A stretch of DNA of 26,656 bases from a virus (Duplodnaviria > Caudoviricetes). Position numbers and translations under genes: made by a program. Of this stretch, positions 22,943 to 26,656 are shown in pieces. The notes under the pieces are model-generated. The model was not told the DNA's origin. It searched no databases and saw only the letters and a program-made list of their open reading frames with translations. Every line of letters starts with the position of its first letter. Positions within the stretch are counted from its first letter, which is position 1. The stretch lies in the IMG/VR virus record IMGVR_UViG_3300005512_000283, positions 1-26,656 of that record; one strand, 5' to 3'.

Positions 22943-25408
22943 TCATTCCTCAGTTGGCTTTTGCTCCATTTGATTTGCTTGCTGATCACGATTGGCTGCG
23001 TCACGCGCAACCTCGATACCAAGCTTCATACCTTCTTTCTGCTGATCCGCTGACAACTTTGCTTTGTCTGACGCCACTTTTGCGCCAACCTGCATACCAG
23101 CGATGCGCTCTTGAGACTTGATACGCTCTTCTTCGAGGCGAATCTTGTCCGCTTGCGTTGCAGCATCGATAGCTATCTTCTTCTCTTTCATCTGAGCGTC
23201 TGCTTGCTTGATCTGCAACTCTTGCTGCTTCATCTGAACAATAGGGTCTTGTGCAGCTTGTTGTGCTTGTTGTGCAGCCGCTTCTTGCTTGTTCTTGCCA
23301 AGTAGCTTGTCTGCTGCTTCCGCTGCCAAACGAGAAATCTGAAGTTCTGTTTCTTCGTCCATCTTTGCATCTGGAGCAGGATATGGAACACCAGCTGTAG
23401 CTTCAATTTGTTTGCGATACTCAAACGCTAAGTGTTCAGCAATGTGGGCTTGCATAGCAGCGCCAATCTGTTGCGCCATTGGACTTTGACCAACCATCTG
23501 TGCAATCTTAGGGTCTTGCATAGCAGCCATGTGTACACGCATGTGCGCTTCGTGGTCTTGGTAGATAAATGCTTTAACCGGTTTGCTGTTAAGGATATTC
23601 ATGTTCTCAGACACTGGGTCTTTAGGGTCCATGTCGTCTTCTAACGGTACAAGTTTTTCAGCGTTTTTCATGCCAAGCACTTCCAACATCTGACGATGTA
23701 GTAGTGGCATGTCATAAAGGTCTGGAGCTGTCTGTGCTAGTTGTAGTACTGCCTGATACTGAACAACCTTCTGCGCCATAGTTGCAGAGTTAGGATCAGA
23801 TACAGGAATAACTTCTACTAAGTCATAGTCCGAACGTTTAGCTTGGCGAGAGCCTTCATATGGTTCGTAGTTATATTCTTCAGGTGTGTAGTCGCGGATT
23901 ATGCCTTTTAATAGTCTGAACTCCTGCTTCATTGCGTAGTGAATACGCGCCTGAACAGAAGACATAATCTTTAACGAACGCTCTAGAATAGCTAGTGTAG
24001 TGCCTACAGGTGCGTTAGCAGACATATCTGATATTTTCATATCAGCTACAGAAGCAAAACGACGGCCTTCTTCAACGATTGTGCCTAGTAAACTAGCTAG
24101 TACTTGTGATGGCTCTTTATATGGAAGAGGCATAATGTTGTCGCGAATAGTGCCAGATGCCACATCAACATCACGGAATTCAGCTGGGCCTATCGGCGCA
24201 TCATCACCACGAATACGTAAGCCTTTGGCTTTAAAGCCACCCGGTAAGTTAGATAGCGTACCTGCATCAACCAACTGACGAATCAGTGAAGTACCAGACT
24301 TAGCGAACGCACCTACTAAGTGAATCAAACCAAATGCGTAGAAGCCGAAACCCGGAATGTATGGGTAGTGTACGAAGTGCTCGCGCTTACGTTTGTTTCT
24401 ATCGTCTTGGTTCCAATTACGGCGAATAGATAGAATAGTCTCAGTAGACTTCTCTAGCGTAATAACATAAGGAAGTGCGATGCCTGTAGGCTCACCGTCC
24501 TCCATGTCTTCATAACCCGGCAAGTCAATATCGACGTGCATCTCTAGCAGCTTGTAGCGATCATCTTGTGACGCACTAAAGCCCATCTTCTCAGCGATCT
24601 TCTTCTCGATCTCATCAAATGTATCGGTCGGATCACCAAGATCAGCATCTAAATAAAAGCCAGCGTATTGTAACTTACGCAATTCGTTAGGAGTCTTACG
24701 CATAACGTGGGTTACACGCTCAGCAGACTCCAGATTACTTGCGCCATATGGAACAACGATATCTTCTGCTGGAACAAAAATAGCTACTTGGCGTTGTAAT
24801 GATGGATCGTAATAAACTTTCTTAAACGCATTACCTGACAGACCTAAGCCCCACAACATGCGCTCGTGCTCAGGGCGGTACTCAGCCATCACGTCAGTCA
24901 ACTGATAATTCATATCAGCCTTTACACGTTCCGCAGCTTCAATAGTATTGCGGTCTTCTTTACCAATAATCTGAGTGCGGACAGGCCCCTTAGCTGGGAA
25001 TGTCTCCATAATAGTCTCAGACTGGAACTTAACTAACGCCTCTGACAACATCGGGTGATACACACCACATGCGCCGGGCCAAGGCTCAGAGCGATCTTCA
25101 ATCTGCATACCCAATAGTTCAAGACCGTCCACGTATGTCTGCATCCACTCTTTGCGGCTAGATACGTCTTCTTCGTAATCAGCTACTAAGTCACCTGCAA
25201 TACCACTCAGAGTATCCTCGTCCATGTACTCAGCGAGGTTGTCATAAAACCCTTCTTGCTCTTCACCCGGTTCAAGTACGATCTCTAGACCGTCCATACC
25301 GATAGTGACGCTTTCAGGGTCTTCAATCTCAATCTCCATCACTGGTTCATCAACCATATCTTCAACAAGACCTAGTGGAGCTTGGTTCAGTGCCTTATCA
25401 ATAGCCAT
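22943..25408 (-). CDS. Portal protein, P22-like, with long Q/A-rich C-terminal coiled coil (821 aa)
   Basis: Directly follows terminase; PW.GACGV.HP…FKKVYYD…PGFGFY.FGLIH…RQLVDAGTLSNLP…APVGTT. Confidence 0.9.
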   Translation of the reverse strand: MAIDKALNQAPLGLVEDMVDEPVMEIEIEDPESVTIGMDGLEIVLEPGEEQEGFYDNLAEYMDEDTLSGIAGDLVADYEEDVSSRKEWMQTYVDGLELLGMQIEDRSEPWPGACGVYHPMLSEALVKFQSETIMETFPAKGPVRTQIIGKEDRNTIEAAERVKADMNYQLTDVMAEYRPEHERMLWGLGLSGNAFKKVYYDPSLQRQVAIFVPAEDIVVPYGASNLESAERVTHVMRKTPNELRKLQYAGFYLDADLGDPTDTFDEIEKKIAEKMGFSASQDDRYKLLEMHVDIDLPGYEDMEDGEPTGIALPYVITLEKSTETILSIRRNWNQDDRNKRKREHFVHYPYIPGFGFYAFGLIHLVGAFAKSGTSLIRQLVDAGTLSNLPGGFKAKGLRIRGDDAPIGPAEFRDVDVASGTIRDNIMPLPYKEPSQVLASLLGTIVEEGRRFASVADMKISDMSANAPVGTTLAILERSLKIMSSVQARIHYAMKQEFRLLKGIIRDYTPEEYNYEPYEGSRQAKRSDYDLVEVIPVSDPNSATMAQKVVQYQAVLQLAQTAPDLYDMPLLHRQMLEVLGMKNAEKLVPLEDDMDPKDPVSENMNILNSKPVKAFIYQDHEAHMRVHMAAMQDPKIAQMVGQSPMAQQIGAAMQAHIAEHLAFEYRKQIEATAGVPYPAPDAKMDEETELQISRLAAEAADKLLGKNKQEAAAQQAQQAAQDPIVQMKQQELQIKQADAQMKEKKIAIDAATQADKIRLEEERIKSQERIAGMQVGAKVASDKAKLSADQQKEGMKLGIEVARDAANRDQQANQMEQKPTEE

Positions 25409-25417
25409 TGTGTATCC

Positions 25418-26656
25418 TTAGTAGTATCCTTGAGTGGGGCGACGAAACTCCGGTATCTCGTCTTCCTCGTCTAATAGTGTGCGTACGTATCCGCCCTTGC
25501 GGAACCGCATCATCGCAAGAGAAACAGAGTCAACGTAGTCATCATGCTCGCCTGACGGAAATGACGCAACCTCGTCAATAACTTCTTCCGCCCAACGCGT
25601 AGGGGGTGCCCACACTCTGCCTGACGCGAATATATCAGCAACAGCGTTAAGTCTGCTTATCTTGTCGTTACCTCGACTCGGCGTAAACTCTTGCACCGGT
25701 ATACCCATCGCTCGCATCTCGTAGATCAGCGGAGCACCTGATGCCTTCTTCTCTATAATAATAGAATCTGGTTGCCAGTCTTGGTACTGCTCTATCGCTA
25801 CCTGCTTGAGTCTCGGAAACTCCATCCGCTCACGGTACGCGTTCAATAATATAATGTTAGCTTGAGTGACCCCGCTGTCGTCGGGATGGTAGAACACACC
25901 CCACATTGTCATCGCCGAGTAGTCAGCACGCTGAGATTTCTCGAACGCCGTATCCCACGCCATCAATGTAAAGTCACAATACGGTGGATTCTCATGCTCC
26001 CATTCTTGCCACCAGTCACGCTTAATGATTGCCGATGTTTCAGAGGTGGGCTGCTGTTGGTACTGCGCCATCCACTTACCGTTCGGTAGTTCTTCACGCA
26101 GAGCTGCAAGTTCTTCCATCGACCAGAACTCAGGCCAAAGTGGCTTGTCAGAGGGCAAAATCGCCGGAAACTCGATAACTTCCCAACCTTCACCACCACG
26201 CTGGGCGTCTGACTTTAGTACTCGACCGGTCAAATCTTTTAATGACCACCGAGTCATTACGATGACGATGGCACCACCCGGCTGGAGACGCTGACGAGGA
26301 CCTGAGGTGTACCACTCGTACGTTTTATCGTAAATTTCTGGGTTTACTTCCGCTAACGCGGCTTCCTGCTCGGAGTGTGGGTCGTCAATTATGAGCAAAT
26401 CCGCACCTTTACCGGTTACGGCACCGCCAACACCAATCGCGAAGTAGTTACCGCCCTTGTTAGTGTCCCAGCGACCCGCCGCTTTTGAGTCAGATTGCAG
26501 TCCAACCCCCGGAAATATGTCCTCATACACCTCTTGGTCAACCAAGTTACGCACTTTACGACCAAATCCCACCGCCAATTCTGCTGTGTGAGAGGTCTGA
26601 ATGACCTTTTTGTGCGGAAATTTACCCAAAAACCACGCTGGCAGCAGATATGACGC
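25418..26656 (-). CDS. terL: Terminase large subunit (5' part outside window)
   Basis: Frame open to the window edge (ASYLLPAWFLGKFP…); TGKGAD, Walker B LLIIDDP, motif III VMTRW; RNase H-like nuclease residues WDTAF, IEKKASG, HDDYVDS. Confidence 0.95.
   Translation of the reverse strand, partial: ASYLLPAWFLGKFPHKKVIQTSHTAELAVGFGRKVRNLVDQEVYEDIFPGVGLQSDSKAAGRWDTNKGGNYFAIGVGGAVTGKGADLLIIDDPHSEQEAALAEVNPEIYDKTYEWYTSGPRQRLQPGGAIVIVMTRWSLKDLTGRVLKSDAQRGGEGWEVIEFPAILPSDKPLWPEFWSMEELAALREELPNGKWMAQYQQQPTSETSAIIKRDWWQEWEHENPPYCDFTLMAWDTAFEKSQRADYSAMTMWGVFYHPDDSGVTQANIILLNAYRERMEFPRLKQVAIEQYQDWQPDSIIIEKKASGAPLIYEMRAMGIPVQEFTPSRGNDKISRLNAVADIFASGRVWAPPTRWAEEVIDEVASFPSGEHDDYVDSVSLAMMRFRKGGYVRTLLDEEDEIPEFRRPTQGYY

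Noticed and set aside
4180-26199. Short same-strand alternative-frame ORFs (4180-4389, 6146-6334, 7132-7329, 7852-8097, 8380-8592, 12535-12732, 19871-20179, 20816-21181, 21424-21642, 23230-23424, 25963-26199)
   Set aside because: Frame shadows inside larger genes. Their Val/Leu richness is expected from shifted Gly/Ala codons.
33-26294. All other plus-strand ORFs in the track (e.g. 893-1138, 3075-3374, 5147-5476, 24000-24278)
   Set aside because: They lie antisense to well-supported, tightly coupled minus-strand genes and show no recognisable motifs.
26627-26629. TTG start for terminase given by the ORF track
   Set aside because: The frame stays open to the window edge and the Walker A region is missing, so the true start is outside the window.

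Overview
This 26.7-kb window is part of a tailed dsDNA bacteriophage (Caudoviricetes) genome, and essentially every real gene is on the minus strand. Reading right to left, it contains a packaging/head module (terminase large subunit cut by the window edge, P22-like portal, phage GroES-like co-chaperonin, scaffold-like protein, probable cement protein, major capsid protein followed by a UUCG intrinsic terminator). Next come small basic proteins, head-tail connector genes and a ~13-kb fibre region. That region holds three long tail fibres built from shared sequence modules, further fibre-like genes, a 22-aa-repeat protein and a truncated gene remnant. No tape measure, tail tube or sheath gene is recognisable in the window, which fits a podovirus-like virion. 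The most unusual part is 715-3334, where five overlapping genes all carry Sec-type signal peptides and four have paired cysteines. One looks like a chaperone-usher-type pilin, one like a single PapD-type Ig chaperone domain, and two have Cys-flanked amphipathic beta-hairpins. No usher gene is present in the window. This may be a phage-encoded minimal pilus/surface-fibre secretion system. It is followed by a structured intergenic segment, a membrane-anchored coiled-coil protein and an EF-hand membrane protein. All functional calls come from reading motifs by eye; no database searches were run.
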